Positions 47,273 to 57,501 of a DNA stretch of 64,000 nucleotides are shown here, one piece after another. A program made the position numbers and the translations under genes. Origin of the DNA: Candidatus Poribacteria bacterium (GTDB lineage: Bacteria; Poribacteria; WGA-4E; WGA-3G); NCBI GenBank assembly GCA_964291315.2, contig OZ219753.1, positions 2,336,001-2,400,000 on the forward strand, written 5' to 3'. Below the pieces are notes generated by a model. The model was given only the letters and a program-made list of their open reading frames with translations. It was not told where the DNA came from and did not search any database. Numbering within the stretch: position 1 is the first letter of the stretch; each line of letters begins with the position of its first letter.

Positions 47273-47985
47273 AATTTCTTATACTCCTCATTGTCCCCAG
47301 TTCCAAAATAGTCAGTGCACCGTGGTGTTTATCTGACCTCCCGCTGTCTCTTTTATTCCCAGCTATACCCATAGTATTTGCAAAATCTGATTGCAATTTC
47401 AGAACTATAGCTGATGTGGAATACGAAAGAAGAGGTTAAAAATGGAATTAGGGTAATCCTATAGAATAATTGACTGAAATTGATTTCTATCGCTTTCGGC
47501 ATACGATTGAAAACCGCATTTACCGGGTTCCCTAAGCTCACTATCGTTAGTAATTAGTAAGGTCGTCTAGGGGTTAATGCACGAAAACCGGGGGTTCCTA
47601 TAAAGCAGGTAAGCTAACATTTCTTAGGTTAACACACGAGAAATTATCATTGACGTACGCAACGCGGCACATTCAGAATATGCAAGGTATCGTAGGTATT
47701 GATGGAGTAGGTGCAGTGTTGCCCGCGGAAATGCCGTCTGTATGGCTGCTGCGCGACGCATGCGAATCGGCGGTTTCTACCTAAAGTTAAAGATGCCTCT
47801 TTTGGGTTTTTCATACTCGGAAAACAGATCGAAGCCGGTGTTTTATCTCATGTATAACAACCGTGACCTTATTTTTCCTCAAAGCACGCTTTTCTCAGCA
47901 GCTTGCGCTGTTTTGTGAGGTAAAGCCTATGAATAGAATTCTTAAAGCGTGCTTCCCGTTAGGAAGTTAAGAACCTTAATTGTTA

Positions 47986-48014
47986 ATTATACCTAATTAA
48001 CTTAAAAACGTCAA
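47986..48014 (-). promoter_or_regulatory. sigma70 promoter of the rho operon (implies a ~700-nt leader)
   Basis: Minus strand TTGACG-17-TATAAT. Confidence 0.7.
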
Positions 48015-48082
48015 GTTTTTTTCAAAAAACGTTTTTCTCAACGATTTATGTATCCGCACGGTTGAAAAACTGAGCATTTAAC

Positions 48083-50065
48083 TTATTCATCGCCTCGGTT
48101 TTTCAATGTTTCAAGCCGATGCCGGACGTTCTGGTTATTCTGGTTGTTTGTCAGATAACTTTGCCAAAGGGCAATTGCATCGTCATCATATCCTTGTGAA
48201 ACATAGTAATCGCCGAGGGCTATCAGCGCGATGTCAGATATGGGGTTTTTCTCAATTGATGTTTTAAATTCAGCAACCGCAGTTTCTGTATCGCCAGCGA
48301 GAAGAGCCAATTCACCTCTACCGTAAGGTATCAGATCATGTCCAGGGTATTCTGTTTCCAATGCCACAATCATTTTTTCTGCTTCTTCTGCTTTATTTAG
48401 ATGATGGGTTGCGCGTGCAGCGAGAATAGTTGCATAGACTATCTGATTACGGAGTTTTCGCTTCTCGGTGTCGTTCTCTGATTTGCCAAGTAGTCGTTTT
48501 GCTGTGCGAGCCGCAGCTCTATATTTCGCGCGGGATTGGACGTAGTTGCCGTACTTATAAGTGAGATCCCCGAGCGTTTTTGAACCGATATAGGAGTCGC
48601 CCTTCTGATCGACCAGGTCCTGAAATATTGCGGCAGCCTTCCGGTCCTTCAATCGATAGTGAAGTACTTCTGCAAGACTTTGCAGCGCATCCATATTCTG
48701 CGGGTTCGCCGCCACTGACCGTTCAAGAGCTTCACGTTCCTTTTCAGGCTGCTCCAGCTTCTTGTGCACTAATGCAATGAGCCAGTAAATCTCGGAATCC
48801 CTGCTGCGCACCAGCCCAACAACAGAATTATATGTTTCCAATGCCTGCTCATAGGATTCAGAAGTGTAGTGGTTGCGTCCCGTATCAATAACCGCTTGAA
48901 TGACGGTGCCATCTCGGCGGGTCGCTTGTTTGAGTACCTCTTTTGCCCGTTGATGCATCCCGACTTTTCGATAGCAAATTGAGAGGCGGAGGTAAGCGTA
49001 CGGGTCGATTTTTGCTTTTGCAGCTTCGGCGCGTGCGATTGCATCGAAGTATAACGCCCCGGCATCACGGTAGTTTTCATCGCCGTAGAAGAAACTCGCG
49101 ATTGTAAGCTCAGCGTCATAGTAGCTGCCTTGCTCGTCCCCTGAGATTCCGCCTTGACCCCCGAAGTTCCGCATAACTTCTGACGCGCTGATACCGAAAC
49201 CCGAGTCCGCAATTTCAGGATCGCTCCCCATCGCCCGGCTTCTCTCCACGCCGCCGCGCGGCCGGTCTCGTTGACGTGTCGCCTCCAGCTGTGCCAAAGC
49301 TCTACCGTGTTGGGTTGACAGCGGATCATCTGGTTCGGGTATGCTGGCATTGAGTGCAGTTAGTTCCTGCTTGGCTTTCGCGATTTCTTCTTCGGTACCT
49401 TCTATCTTTCCATATCTCTTAACGAGCGATTGGTAGGTACGCTTCGCTTGTTCCTCGTCTTTAAGATGTTCTTTCTGGATTTGCCCTTTACGAACGATGG
49501 CTAACGCGGCACGTTCACTGCGCGGGTTGCGATTCGCGAAATTATCATAAATCTCTATCGCTTGCTCAAAATTCTGTGCATCCTCGAAGCTTTTTGCTAA
49601 CATCAGCTGGGCATTGTGGCTTAATTCCAGATGCGGGAAGCTGTTAACAATCATATCAAATTGGGTTTGGGCACTCTTATAATCTTTTTCGCGATAGTAG
49701 TGCATGCCGAGTTCATAGTATGCCTCAGCTGCTTCGTCACTTTTCGGGGCAGCAGCAATGACAGCCTCATAGCTTTTGATACCTGCTGCCGATTGGTTGA
49801 GATGCTCAATCAACAACGCCGCCATGGCGAGCTGTGCTTTCAGAGCTATTGGCGTACCGGGTTTAGTATCTACAATATTTTGATAAGCCTCAAGCGCACC
49901 CCGGTAATCTTTCTTTACCGCAAGTTCTTCCGCTGAGCGCAGGCCACCGCCAGCGACACATCCGATGTGCGCAACTGCTACCAAAGTAACGACAATTAGG
50001 GCGCAATACTTCATACTTTTAACAGCACGTTTTCGGAAATTGGCAAGATATACCAAGAATTTCAC
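48083..50065 (-). CDS. TPR-repeat (BamD/YbgF-like) lipoprotein
   Basis: AAGGAG RBS; HIGC lipobox; many TPR helices. Confidence 0.85.
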   Translation of the reverse strand: MKFLVYLANFRKRAVKSMKYCALIVVTLVAVAHIGCVAGGGLRSAEELAVKKDYRGALEAYQNIVDTKPGTPIALKAQLAMAALLIEHLNQSAAGIKSYEAVIAAAPKSDEAAEAYYELGMHYYREKDYKSAQTQFDMIVNSFPHLELSHNAQLMLAKSFEDAQNFEQAIEIYDNFANRNPRSERAALAIVRKGQIQKEHLKDEEQAKRTYQSLVKRYGKIEGTEEEIAKAKQELTALNASIPEPDDPLSTQHGRALAQLEATRQRDRPRGGVERSRAMGSDPEIADSGFGISASEVMRNFGGQGGISGDEQGSYYDAELTIASFFYGDENYRDAGALYFDAIARAEAAKAKIDPYAYLRLSICYRKVGMHQRAKEVLKQATRRDGTVIQAVIDTGRNHYTSESYEQALETYNSVVGLVRSRDSEIYWLIALVHKKLEQPEKEREALERSVAANPQNMDALQSLAEVLHYRLKDRKAAAIFQDLVDQKGDSYIGSKTLGDLTYKYGNYVQSRAKYRAAARTAKRLLGKSENDTEKRKLRNQIVYATILAARATHHLNKAEEAEKMIVALETEYPGHDLIPYGRGELALLAGDTETAVAEFKTSIEKNPISDIALIALGDYYVSQGYDDDAIALWQSYLTNNQNNQNVRHRLETLKNRGDE

Positions 50066-50162
50066 GATCTTTCTCCTTATTTTCTTGCTGACTTAACTTG
50101 AACCACCGACGAACATCAGCATCTCAAATACTTTACAGTAACCCAATTTAGAGGCACACACA

Positions 50163-50912
50163 TTAATTCTCTTGACGACTAAACACACGGAAAAGCTTCT
50201 TTATCGGATCGTAGAACTCGTCGACGACGCGCTCTTTAAGCGGGATGATAGCGTTATCGGTAATCGTGATATGCTCCGGACATACCTTTGTACAGCATTT
50301 CGTGATATTACAGTACCCGATACCGTCTGAATCCTTCAATTCTTCCAACCGATTTTCAGTATCAATCGGGTGCATCTCTAAGGAAGCCGCGTAGACGAAA
50401 AACCGCGGTCCGATAAATTCGTCATGAAGGTCATGTTCCCGGAGAACGTGGCAGACATCTTGGCAAAGGAAACACTCAATACACTTCCGAAACTCTTGGA
50501 CATGGTCGATGTCGCCCTGCTCCATCCGCCATGTGCCATCTTCGGCATCCGGGGGCCGCGGCGTAAACGGCTTCATTTTCTTTTTAACTTCAAAGTTCCA
50601 TGATACGTCAGTAACCAGGTCTTTGATGAGCGGGAATGCCCGCATCGGCTCGACTGTAACAGGTTCGTCAAGTGGTAAATCATTGAGACGAGCCATACAC
50701 ATCAATTTCGGCTGCCCGTTGATCTCAGCCGAGCATGACCCACATTTTCCCGCCTTGCAATTCCAGCGCACTGCCAGGTCATTCGCTTGCTCGGCTTGGA
50801 TACGGTGCACAGCGTCTAAGACCACCATACCTTCGGAGACCTCAGTATCGTAATCGACAAATTGAGCACCGTCCGAATTGCCTCGCCAGATTCTAAAAGT
50901 CGCTCTCGCCAT
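50163..50912 (-). CDS. sdhB: Succinate dehydrogenase/fumarate reductase Fe-S subunit (Sdh1 type)
   Basis: CKAGKCGSC..C, CIECFLCQDVC, CNITKCCTKVCP. Confidence 0.93.
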   Translation of the reverse strand: MARATFRIWRGNSDGAQFVDYDTEVSEGMVVLDAVHRIQAEQANDLAVRWNCKAGKCGSCSAEINGQPKLMCMARLNDLPLDEPVTVEPMRAFPLIKDLVTDVSWNFEVKKKMKPFTPRPPDAEDGTWRMEQGDIDHVQEFRKCIECFLCQDVCHVLREHDLHDEFIGPRFFVYAASLEMHPIDTENRLEELKDSDGIGYCNITKCCTKVCPEHITITDNAIIPLKERVVDEFYDPIKKLFRVFSRQEN

Positions 50913-50990
50913 TTTGTGTTCCCTTTTCCGTTTAAGTGATGCCCATGTTTTTTATCAGTAGACAGCCTGTTTTAGATGCCCCCGGATCTG

Positions 50991-52823
50991 TTAACCTATT
51001 TCGTCTATGATTTCCTGCTGATCCGCCCGGAGTTTATCAACCGGATGCCGTCCGACCTGCATTGTACCATCGTCTGCTTTCTTGATAAGGGTGTTGTATT
51101 TCCCCGCGCCCGGCTCTTCTTTCTCAGGATAATCATCCCGTGAATGCGCACCGATGCTTGCCCTGCGCTCTAATGCCGCGAGTACAATTGCTTCAGAGAC
51201 CGTCAGGAGACAGTCAAGATCTAGTGCTGTATGCCATCCTGCATTGTACTCACGGTTGCCAATAGTGTGAACGTTCACTGCCTGTTCCCGTAAGCTCTGA
51301 ATCTCTTGCAGGGCTTGTGTGAGACTTTCTTGACTTCGAGCGATGCCTACAAGATCCTGCATTTTTTCTTGGAGTTGTGCCTGGATGTCATAGGGTCCCA
51401 TGTCTGCCCCGTGACTATTATCAGCAGGGTTCTCAAACGGTCTTAGTGTGTGGGCGGCGATTTCATCAATCTCTGATTCATTGAGTGGACTTGCCTCATT
51501 CTCCATCGCAAATTGTGCTGCATATTCCCCTGCGCGCTTACCGAAAACCAGGAGATCAGAGAGTGAATTGCCTCCAAGTCTGTTCGCGCCGTGTAGACCT
51601 GCCGCACACTCGCCGGCAGCAAAGAGCCCGGGAACCGCTGTCATCTGTGAGTCGGCATCGACACGAATACCGCCCATGATATAGTGCGTCGTTGGACCCA
51701 CCTCCATAGGCTGTTGTGTAATGTCGATATCAGCGAGTTCTTTGAATTGATGGTACATACTCGGCAGTTTTCTACGGATATGTTCAGCAGCGTTCGGGAT
51801 TTTTTCTTTAATCCATGCTATATCCAAGAATACGCCGCCGTGTGGACTGCCACGGCCCTCCTGCACTTCTCGGACGATACACCGGGCAACATGGTCGCGT
51901 GTCAGAAGCTCCGGCGGACGCCGCGCCTCCCGGTCGCCTTGCGTATACCGCCACCCTTCCTCTGGATTATCTGCCGTTTGGCTCACATAGAGGTCCGGAA
52001 TGTCGTCGAACATGAATCGGCTGCCTTGGTTGTTCGTGAGAATACCGCCTTCACCGCGGACCCCTTCTGTTACCAAAATACCTCGGACACTGGGGGGCCA
52101 CACCATACCGGTAGGGTGGAATTGGACGAACTCCATGTCTATGAGTTCTGCACCAGCATGATATGCCAGGGAGTGTCCATCGCCTGTATATTCCCAACTA
52201 TTGCTTGTGATTTTATACGCTTTTCCAACACCGCCGGTTGCTAAAACAACGGCTTTCGCAGCAAAGACCTTGAATCGCCCCTTTTCACGCTCATAGCCAA
52301 AGGCACCCGAGATCTTACCCCCGGTTTTCAGAAGCGAAACGATGGTATTCTCCATGTGCACTTCAATGCCCTGGTGGATACCGTAATCTTGTAAGGCGCG
52401 AATCATTTCCAGTCCAGTCCGATCACCGACGTGTGCAAGGCGCGGGTATTGATGTCCACCGAAGTTCCTTTGGAGGATACTGCCCTCTTGTGTCCGGTCG
52501 AAAAGTGCACCCCATGCTTCGAGCTCCCGCACCCGATCCGGTGATTCTTGGGCATGGAGCTCCGCCATTCGGGCATTAGAGAGATACTGGCCACCACGCA
52601 TAGTGTCAGCAAAGTGGACCCGCCAGCTGTCTCTTTCATCGACATTCGCTAGAGCCGCAGCAACACCGCCCTCCGCCATGACGGTGTGCGCCTTACCGAG
52701 TAAAGATTTACATACGAGTCCGACCCTGAGATCTCCCGTGGCAGCTTCTATAGCAGCGCGAAGTCCAGCTCCTCCCGCCCCGATTATTAGAATGTCATAC
52801 TCGTGAGTTTCGTAGGATGTCAC
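50991..52823 (-). CDS. sdhA: Succinate dehydrogenase/fumarate reductase flavoprotein
   Basis: GAGGAG, AHTVMAEGG (FAD His), QFHPTG, TEGVRGEGG, HY.MGG, HGANRLGGNSL. Confidence 0.95.
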   Translation of the reverse strand: MTSYETHEYDILIIGAGGAGLRAAIEAATGDLRVGLVCKSLLGKAHTVMAEGGVAAALANVDERDSWRVHFADTMRGGQYLSNARMAELHAQESPDRVRELEAWGALFDRTQEGSILQRNFGGHQYPRLAHVGDRTGLEMIRALQDYGIHQGIEVHMENTIVSLLKTGGKISGAFGYEREKGRFKVFAAKAVVLATGGVGKAYKITSNSWEYTGDGHSLAYHAGAELIDMEFVQFHPTGMVWPPSVRGILVTEGVRGEGGILTNNQGSRFMFDDIPDLYVSQTADNPEEGWRYTQGDREARRPPELLTRDHVARCIVREVQEGRGSPHGGVFLDIAWIKEKIPNAAEHIRRKLPSMYHQFKELADIDITQQPMEVGPTTHYIMGGIRVDADSQMTAVPGLFAAGECAAGLHGANRLGGNSLSDLLVFGKRAGEYAAQFAMENEASPLNESEIDEIAAHTLRPFENPADNSHGADMGPYDIQAQLQEKMQDLVGIARSQESLTQALQEIQSLREQAVNVHTIGNREYNAGWHTALDLDCLLTVSEAIVLAALERRASIGAHSRDDYPEKEEPGAGKYNTLIKKADDGTMQVGRHPVDKLRADQQEIIDEIG

Positions 52824-52844
52824 GCTAAAAATTCCTCTCTATCG

Positions 52845-53663
52845 TTAAAATGTGATCCAATCCTGACCTAAGGCAGGTGCTATAAAACGGACATATACGT
52901 CGGAAAAACCGACCCAACAAAGACTCAGCCACGCCCAAAGCATGTGGCGGCGGTTTAAACAGCTGACACAATCATACACTTGCCGGCGGATCGGGGCTTT
53001 GGAGAGCAGATCGACAACCCCGCCAACCAAGTGACGTAAAGAGTGACAGCCCAGGGTGTAACCGCCTAAAAGGACAACATTACCTGCCAAAACGATAGTG
53101 CCAACCCCAATGCCGAAGGTTTTTCCACCATTTCCATCGTCAAACCAGAGCGCTTTCCACACATCGTAAGCAAGGATACCCAGAACGATGATCGCAACAT
53201 AAAGAAAATATCGGTGGATGTTCTGTACAATTAGCGGAAAAGCGTGCTCACCTCGGTAACCTTTACGCGGTTCTGACACCGTGCAAGAGGGGGGATCCGC
53301 CCAAAACGCTTTATAATACGCACCACGATAGTAGTAGCATGTAAAACGAAATCCGAGCGGGGCCCATAAGATGAGAACAGCAGGGGTAATAAAACCGGGT
53401 ATCCAGGCCGGCATCATACCGAACCAACTGTGCTCAACGCTGCCCACCACCTCTTCTGTACCAAAAAGCAGCGGTGAGTAGAAAGGCGATAGGTAGGGTC
53501 CATAAAAAAAGTAATTCCCTTCAAAAACCCTGATAGTTGCATACACAATAAATGCACCCAAGCCGATAAATACGGCTAGCGGTTGCAACCACCAGGTATC
53601 TCGGCGCTGGGTTTGGAAAGCGCGACGTTCCGTCAACGTGAGTTCTGGGTGGTTCATAGACAA
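52845..53663 (-). CDS. Single membrane anchor of mycobacterial Sdh1-type succinate dehydrogenase
   Basis: Y.SPFYSP, GFRFTCYYYR.AYY, QN.HRYF, GCHSLRH and LN.RH motifs; directly upstream of sdhA. Confidence 0.8.
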   Translation of the reverse strand: MSMNHPELTLTERRAFQTQRRDTWWLQPLAVFIGLGAFIVYATIRVFEGNYFFYGPYLSPFYSPLLFGTEEVVGSVEHSWFGMMPAWIPGFITPAVLILWAPLGFRFTCYYYRGAYYKAFWADPPSCTVSEPRKGYRGEHAFPLIVQNIHRYFLYVAIIVLGILAYDVWKALWFDDGNGGKTFGIGVGTIVLAGNVVLLGGYTLGCHSLRHLVGGVVDLLSKAPIRRQVYDCVSCLNRRHMLWAWLSLCWVGFSDVYVRFIAPALGQDWITF

Positions 53664-54123
53664 TTTCCTTATCTTAATCTTACACCTTAAAAAACAGAAT
53701 TAGCAATGAGTCTGAAGATCTTTATAACAAAGGCGTTTGGTCATGCTGTAATATTTTTCTCTAATTTTATAGGACACAAAACCTTGCAACACCGACTAGT
53801 CAAAACCGGAACTATATGAGTTGTGAAGTTTCCGGTGTGAACAGTTTGGTCTTTTTATTCGATCTCGGTTCGGGGCGGCTGCTTGTATTGCCAGCCGAGC
53901 GTTTTAAATTTTTACGCCTCTGACGATGATTGAATAATCGTGGAGTGCTTGAACAGATTTGCATTCGGTAGCAAATTCTTCTATCAGGCGATAACCTGCT
54001 TCGCAAGACCCGATCTATCCGTGTGTCCGGCTTCTCTTTTCTCTGGATTTCCGCAATGCCACTAAGTGGCCAACCACTGTTGCCTCAATAATGACGTAAT
54101 AAATTTCCGCTTGATTGTATTAT

Positions 54124-54152
54124 ATTGTATCATACAATGTTGTCTTTGTCAA
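54124..54152 (-). promoter_or_regulatory. sigma70 promoter with overlapping palindromic operator, facing the sdh operon
   Basis: Minus strand TTGACA-17-TACAAT with extended TG; ATTGTAT-C-ATACAAT palindrome at 54124-54138. Confidence 0.65.
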
Positions 54153-54186
54153 ATTAACAGGGCAGTCGAAAACACAAGTGAACCTT

Positions 54187-54927
54187 TTAACGCACCAACG
54201 TGTGACTCAACGGTTCCCAACCGAGCAGACGTTTTGCCTTCGAGAGATTAATTTCTTTTTGTTCATGGTCGCCAGCAATGAAAAAGGCGTTAAAACCTTT
54301 ATGTTCAACCGAAATAGCAGCGAGATACGCACGCGCCAAATCTTCTTCATCTGTCCACCAGATGTGTACTGAGGGGTCTTTCGGCTGATCATAACGCTCA
54401 AGCCACTGTCGGCGTGTAGAGGGCCCTGTAATCCGCAGCGCAATCAAGGACATACCGTGTTCACGTGCAAAGTATTCACAGACTTGTTCCCCAAACCCCT
54501 TAGTGAGTCCATAGACACCCGGGTTATCACGCGGGACAACATCTTCATACGGGAAATTGTTGCGTGTGCGTTCATGCACAGTGAAAGTACTTGTATAGAC
54601 TGCCTGCCGGATGCCCAGCTCTTTCGCGGCGTGTAGCACGATATGCAACCCCTTTGCGTTCACTTCATAATTTGCAAGAATAGCGTTGAAATCTGCCACG
54701 GAGGATCGATCGCTTGTCGGACGCAGCATCACCATATAGACGAACGTATCCATCCCCTCCAATGCTCTCTGAACGATACTTGGATCGGTAACAGATCCTT
54801 GGATGTATTCTACCGAGTCGTCTTTAGGTGGCGAGAGATCCAGTACTCGAAAATTGTGAAGATGTTTCATATAAGGAAGAGTCATCGTTCCAACGTGCCC
54901 TGCCCCGCCTACAAGTAAAACATTCAT
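54187..54927 (-). CDS. NAD-dependent epimerase/dehydratase (uronate dehydrogenase-like)
   Basis: GGAGHVG, YGLTK.FGE, L...K..LGW.P. Confidence 0.85.
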   Translation of the reverse strand: MNVLLVGGAGHVGTMTLPYMKHLHNFRVLDLSPPKDDSVEYIQGSVTDPSIVQRALEGMDTFVYMVMLRPTSDRSSVADFNAILANYEVNAKGLHIVLHAAKELGIRQAVYTSTFTVHERTRNNFPYEDVVPRDNPGVYGLTKGFGEQVCEYFAREHGMSLIALRITGPSTRRQWLERYDQPKDPSVHIWWTDEEDLARAYLAAISVEHKGFNAFFIAGDHEQKEINLSKAKRLLGWEPLSHTLVR

Positions 54928-55024
54928 TGTTGCATAGTCTCCTATCTTACCGATGTGGCGTGTGTTATCATATTGAACGTGAACACCATTTCAAACCGCC
55001 CCTACAGAACCTACAGACTATTTT

Positions 55025-55888
55025 TTATGCCTCTTGATACGTATACGCGTGGTGCTGAATGCACAAATCGAAATTGTCTTTTGGATCCCACGTGGGCATA
55101 GCTGGTGGCACTTTGTAAGCAAACTGCTCTGTGTCCGAAGGGTACGGATTCGTGCGCCGTTCATGAAGGGCGCGTTGATAGAGTTTACAGCGCTGCGTCA
55201 GGAACTCCGGCTGCCACCACTTATATGTTTCATTCCATCGCGGGGTGCGTTGATCGAAATAGATAACCCGGCGAAGTGTATCGCTTGTGTTAATTTTACT
55301 ACCGTGTAGCACCTTGGTATGATGAAGCAGAATGTCACCCGGTTCAACCGCCGCCGGCACTGCGTCCTCACGTTCAAAATTGACTTCACCCTTATCAATG
55401 ACCTCTTGAGCCTCTTCAATATCCCAAAGATGACTTTTAGGAATTACCCAAACACACCCATTATCAACAGTGGATGGATCTATGTAAATATCGATATTGA
55501 AAATCGGATGATTCTCACGGATCGCCTTGCCATCTCTATGCCATCGCACAGAGGAACCCTTCCTCGGTAGTTTGAAGACCAAAGATTCATAGCACGGTAT
55601 AAAATCCGGACCCACTATCCGATAGAGCAGGTCCCCGATGAAGGGATGTGCTAACAGCCTTAGCGAAAATTTGTTCGGATGGGCATGCAAATAGGTCAAA
55701 TAGTAAGGAACCCCTTCCGGGCCACGGTTGCACCACTTATTTGCCGGCCCACCCGCCAAAATCTCATCAATTAGACGCTGACTTTCTTGCTGTATAACGG
55801 CAAGCTCATCAGGTTGGATGACACGTTTCAAGATAAGATAGCCGTTTTCGTTAAAAAATTGAATTTCGTTGTCCGTAATTTTCTGCAT
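55025..55888 (-). CDS. Phytanoyl-CoA dioxygenase (PhyH) family 2OG-Fe(II) oxygenase
   Basis: F.ENGY, WHRD, NGC..VIP.SH, PGD...H...HGS..N.S..R; start moved to ATG 55888. Confidence 0.9.
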   Translation of the reverse strand: MQKITDNEIQFFNENGYLILKRVIQPDELAVIQQESQRLIDEILAGGPANKWCNRGPEGVPYYLTYLHAHPNKFSLRLLAHPFIGDLLYRIVGPDFIPCYESLVFKLPRKGSSVRWHRDGKAIRENHPIFNIDIYIDPSTVDNGCVWVIPKSHLWDIEEAQEVIDKGEVNFEREDAVPAAVEPGDILLHHTKVLHGSKINTSDTLRRVIYFDQRTPRWNETYKWWQPEFLTQRCKLYQRALHERRTNPYPSDTEQFAYKVPPAMPTWDPKDNFDLCIQHHAYTYQEA

Positions 55889-55917
55889 AAATATTTTCCT
55901 ACTTCTTCCCCAGCGGG

Positions 55918-56748
55918 TCAATCGGTTGAAATTTTGCCAGTAGCAATCGCGGCATGCCACGCTGAAACCAATTCTTTGACAGATTGATAACGCAACGTTT
56001 TATCTGTGTTTGTCGCCTTTCTAGCCACTTGCCACATAGTCTCATTTCCTTTCCAAGCCTCTCGCGAATCGCTGTTGTTAGCAAGCAGCACAAATGCTGT
56101 CCGTCCTAATGTGAAAACGTTTGTTCTTTCGTCAATCCGTTCACCTTTCTGAAACTCCTCTGGTGCCATAAAACGACTTGAGCCGTACAAGCGGCCTCGG
56201 TCATTCACAAAAGGTGCCGGATGGTAGTGGTCAAAATCGTACAGATGTATCTGTTTTTTCTCGAAATCATAAAGAATACAGCCGTCGTAGAAATCTTCAG
56301 CAATGAAACCTCTTTCTTCAATGAGGAGATGAACGTCGTAGATGACGTTAATTGCAGTGATGATCTCAGCCGCTGGCAATGCACAAAACCTATCACGCGG
56401 ATGGACTTCCCCATCCCTCAGTTTTCTTTCAGGACGCAACCCCTCGCCGGCTACCCAGTTGTAGACGAGTGTGAATCCACCGGGGTTCGTAAAGACATTA
56501 TGCAATTGAGGTAGCGCCTCGTGTTGGACAGCAGAGTGGAAACGGACAGCTTGCTTGAGCCACATGATGGTTTGCGGCGTGTTACCGTGTTTGACAAACC
56601 AATGTTGGCTATTCACCATCGTCCGGAAGGATTGACATCTTGAGTCGTGCTCCGGAAACTGAAATATGACTTTGCCCACATGCTTTAGGTAGTTTTCAAT
56701 ATCTGTATCAATTTCTGTGATATCCAGAAGCGGGTGCTCAATCGGCAT
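55918..56748 (-). CDS. Ser/Thr protein kinase-like protein
   Basis: FVK, DFYDGC catalytic-loop variant, DFD, GS.RFMAPEE, DERT.VF.LG. Confidence 0.8.
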   Translation of the reverse strand: MPIEHPLLDITEIDTDIENYLKHVGKVIFQFPEHDSRCQSFRTMVNSQHWFVKHGNTPQTIMWLKQAVRFHSAVQHEALPQLHNVFTNPGGFTLVYNWVAGEGLRPERKLRDGEVHPRDRFCALPAAEIITAINVIYDVHLLIEERGFIAEDFYDGCILYDFEKKQIHLYDFDHYHPAPFVNDRGRLYGSSRFMAPEEFQKGERIDERTNVFTLGRTAFVLLANNSDSREAWKGNETMWQVARKATNTDKTLRYQSVKELVSAWHAAIATGKISTD

Positions 56749-56982
56749 TCATTTATTCCTTACGCGTTAGCAAGACTACTTCAATATATACCGTGTTCTA
56801 AATCAGTAGACAGATGGTACGGGGACCCCTTCGAAGATGGCTGCACTTGCGCTAAAATATCTACTTGCAAGCTTTGATTAAAATAGTATATCATATATGT
56901 ATCAAAAATTTAACCTTTTTTCAAGGGAATCCCAAAATTATCTTTATATGAACGGTGTGCTGTAGAAAATATAGGAAATCTT

Positions 56983-57501
56983 TTGATGCGACATAACCTC
57001 TTCGTTCCGAACAAAATGCCTTATGCCAAGGGGAAAAACCGCCCGGACGTATCTTGTATTCTGTGTGCAATTGTCGAAAAAAGTGAAAAAGTCCAACGGC
57101 TTGAGGTACATCGAACTGACCGCTTTACAATTTCACTCAATCTCTACCCTTACAGTCCAGGGCACGTTTTAATTTTCCCGAATCGGCATATTGTTGATGT
57201 CCGGGAATTGCGTCAGGAGGAGGTACAAGAACTTCACACACTCCAATGCCTCTGTCTTGAGGTCTTGACATGTGCCTATCAGCCGCGCGGTTACAATGTC
57301 GGTTATAATATGGGCGATGCCTCCGGGGCCAGCATATCGCACTTGCACGTACATATCGTTCCTCGATATCCGCGCGAATTAGGATTTATGGACGTTATAA
57401 GCGGTGCACGTATTATCATAGAAGATCCGAATGCAACGCAGCAGAAACTCGTAGAGATATTTCAGAAACTGAAAACTACTCAAGAAAGGAAAACAGAATG
57501 A
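56983..57501 (+). CDS. HIT family nucleotide hydrolase
   Basis: [24 protein letters not shown]. Confidence 0.92.
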   Translation: MMRHNLFVPNKMPYAKGKNRPDVSCILCAIVEKSEKVQRLEVHRTDRFTISLNLYPYSPGHVLIFPNRHIVDVRELRQEEVQELHTLQCLCLEVLTCAYQPRGYNVGYNMGDASGASISHLHVHIVPRYPRELGFMDVISGARIIIEDPNATQQKLVEIFQKLKTTQERKTE

